This document shows, piece after piece, positions 62,701 to 63,847 of a stretch of DNA of 63,847 nt. The position numbers and the translations under genes are program-made. Positions within the stretch are counted from its first letter, which is position 1. The number at the start of each line of letters is the position of its first letter. Origin of the DNA: Ramazzottius varieornatus (Eukaryota; Animalia; Tardigrada); the NCBI GenBank assembly GCA_001949185.1, contig BDGG01000002.1, positions 7,492,448 to 7,556,294 on the forward strand, written 5' to 3'. The notes under the pieces were generated by a model. The model did no database searches, was not told where the DNA came from, and saw only the letters and a list, made by a program, of their open reading frames with translations.

Positions 62701-63602
62701 GCCCATGCCTCGATGATCGGTTGTGATTCTAGCAAATGCCAAATGGCTTTCATCATCGAGGGAAAACTAACAAACGAACATAAAACGATGTAAAACCGAA
62801 GGATGCCCTTTCGAACTGACAGGAAATGAAAGTCATTTTGACGTGAAAATATAGGTCGAACATTTTGTAGAGTTCGCCGGTGTGGGAATCATTGTTGTTG
62901 GACGTGTCAGAACTTACCAATTACATGGGTAAAATTAATGTGATTTTCTCTTGTGTATAGATGACACGACCAATCCAGGTGAAACCCGCGGACAGTGAAA
63001 GTCGGGCAGGTAAGAATAACATCCTTCCACGTAAGAATATTTGAGGATCGAATATCGACACCGGTACCGTATCTAGTATGAAAGCTTCTGGACGGAAATT
63101 GGAATGGTAAATTATGCATCGGCGTGACTGAAATGCATTTCTTTGTGTTTGCAGAGGACCGCAAGCTCTTTGTGGGTATGCTGGGAAAGCAGCAGACGGA
63201 GGAAGATGTGCGAAAGCTTTTTGAGCAATTTGGGTCCATTGAGGAGTGTACCGTGTTACGGAACACGGAAGGAACCAGCCGAGGTAAGCTACCGACTGCG
63301 AGCCAACGCATCTTCCATTAGTCAAGCTGGGAATCTCAAGGGTAACACCGGGACTTTGCTTGATTGTAGGATGTGCATTTGTCAAGTTCTCGACGCCAAG
63401 CGAAGCTCAAGCCTCCATTAACGCCTTAAACGGCATGCAGACCATGCCGGGTGCCTCGTCAAGCTTGGTCGTCAAGATTGCCGATTCCGAGAAGGAGAGG
63501 CAGGTCCGGCGGATGCAGCAAGTCGCCAGCCAGATGGGACTTAACGGCTTGCTGAACCCGCTGACGCTGCTGAACGCCTCAGCGGGAGCCTACGCAGCAC
63601 AA
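56736..63602 (+). CDS. CELF4: CELF/Bruno-like RNA-binding protein (CELF3-6 group), 3'-truncated; exons 56736-57099, 60014-60096, 62961-63009, 63155-63283, 63370-63602
   Basis: [11 protein letters not shown]...[10 protein letters not shown]|[13 protein letters not shown]...LHQQKTLPG|[15 protein letters not shown]|[10 protein letters not shown]...|GCAFVKF...[23 protein letters not shown]; symbol indicates the subfamily only. Confidence 0.93.
61929..62048. repeat. Intronic palindromic element, copy 7 (core 61963-62018)
   Basis: TTCCCACCGGCGCAC-25 nt-GTGCGCCACTTGGGAA; outer cgccggcagatgagttc / ttttctttgtcgag; in CELF intron 2. Confidence 0.8.
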
Positions 63603-63847
63603 GTAAGTTCCTGGAAGAGTTACATTACAGAACGCTATCAGAGGAACGACACCTTTCTAACCCTGCATGCACTTGATGCTATCATAACCATGGTACTCGG
63701 GTATGCAGGTAGGTGAATAGTGAGTACGATCTGTTTGCCGACCTCTGGCTCACGAAATCTTACTTAAATTCGAAGGGACAGAGCTCAGTCGTTCTGCCAA
63801 CAGACTTCTGCTCGAGTTTTGTCAACAATTGAGCAATGGGCAGAGTA

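Overview
Compact, intron-rich animal genomic DNA with mostly 50-100 nt GT-AG introns; the style suggests a tardigrade such as Ramazzottius (inference, not verified). Recognisable host genes: p24/TMED, INTS10, mitochondrial thioredoxin, gamma-SNAP, DCLRE1A/SNM1A, DUS4L, GLOD4, TRIAP1, ACSS3 and a CELF RNA-binding protein. Other genes: a 7TM orphan, a Ulp1-PHD gene, a folate-receptor-family gene, a chitin-binding mucin-like gene, a Canopy-like KDEL protein, an apparently inactive astacin and two paralogous Cys-repeat proteins. Mobile DNA: a decayed LINE carrying a nested hAT-type element with an 8-bp TSD, a complete PHIS/Harbinger-type (Pangu-like) transposon with TIRs and an ATT TSD, and small MITEs. 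The most unusual signal is a dispersed ~120-bp palindromic element with a conserved core AAGTGGCGCAC-N24/25-GTGCGCCACTT, seen 7 times, each in an intron of a different gene. Exon models and homologies were read by eye and recalled from memory; no searches were run.
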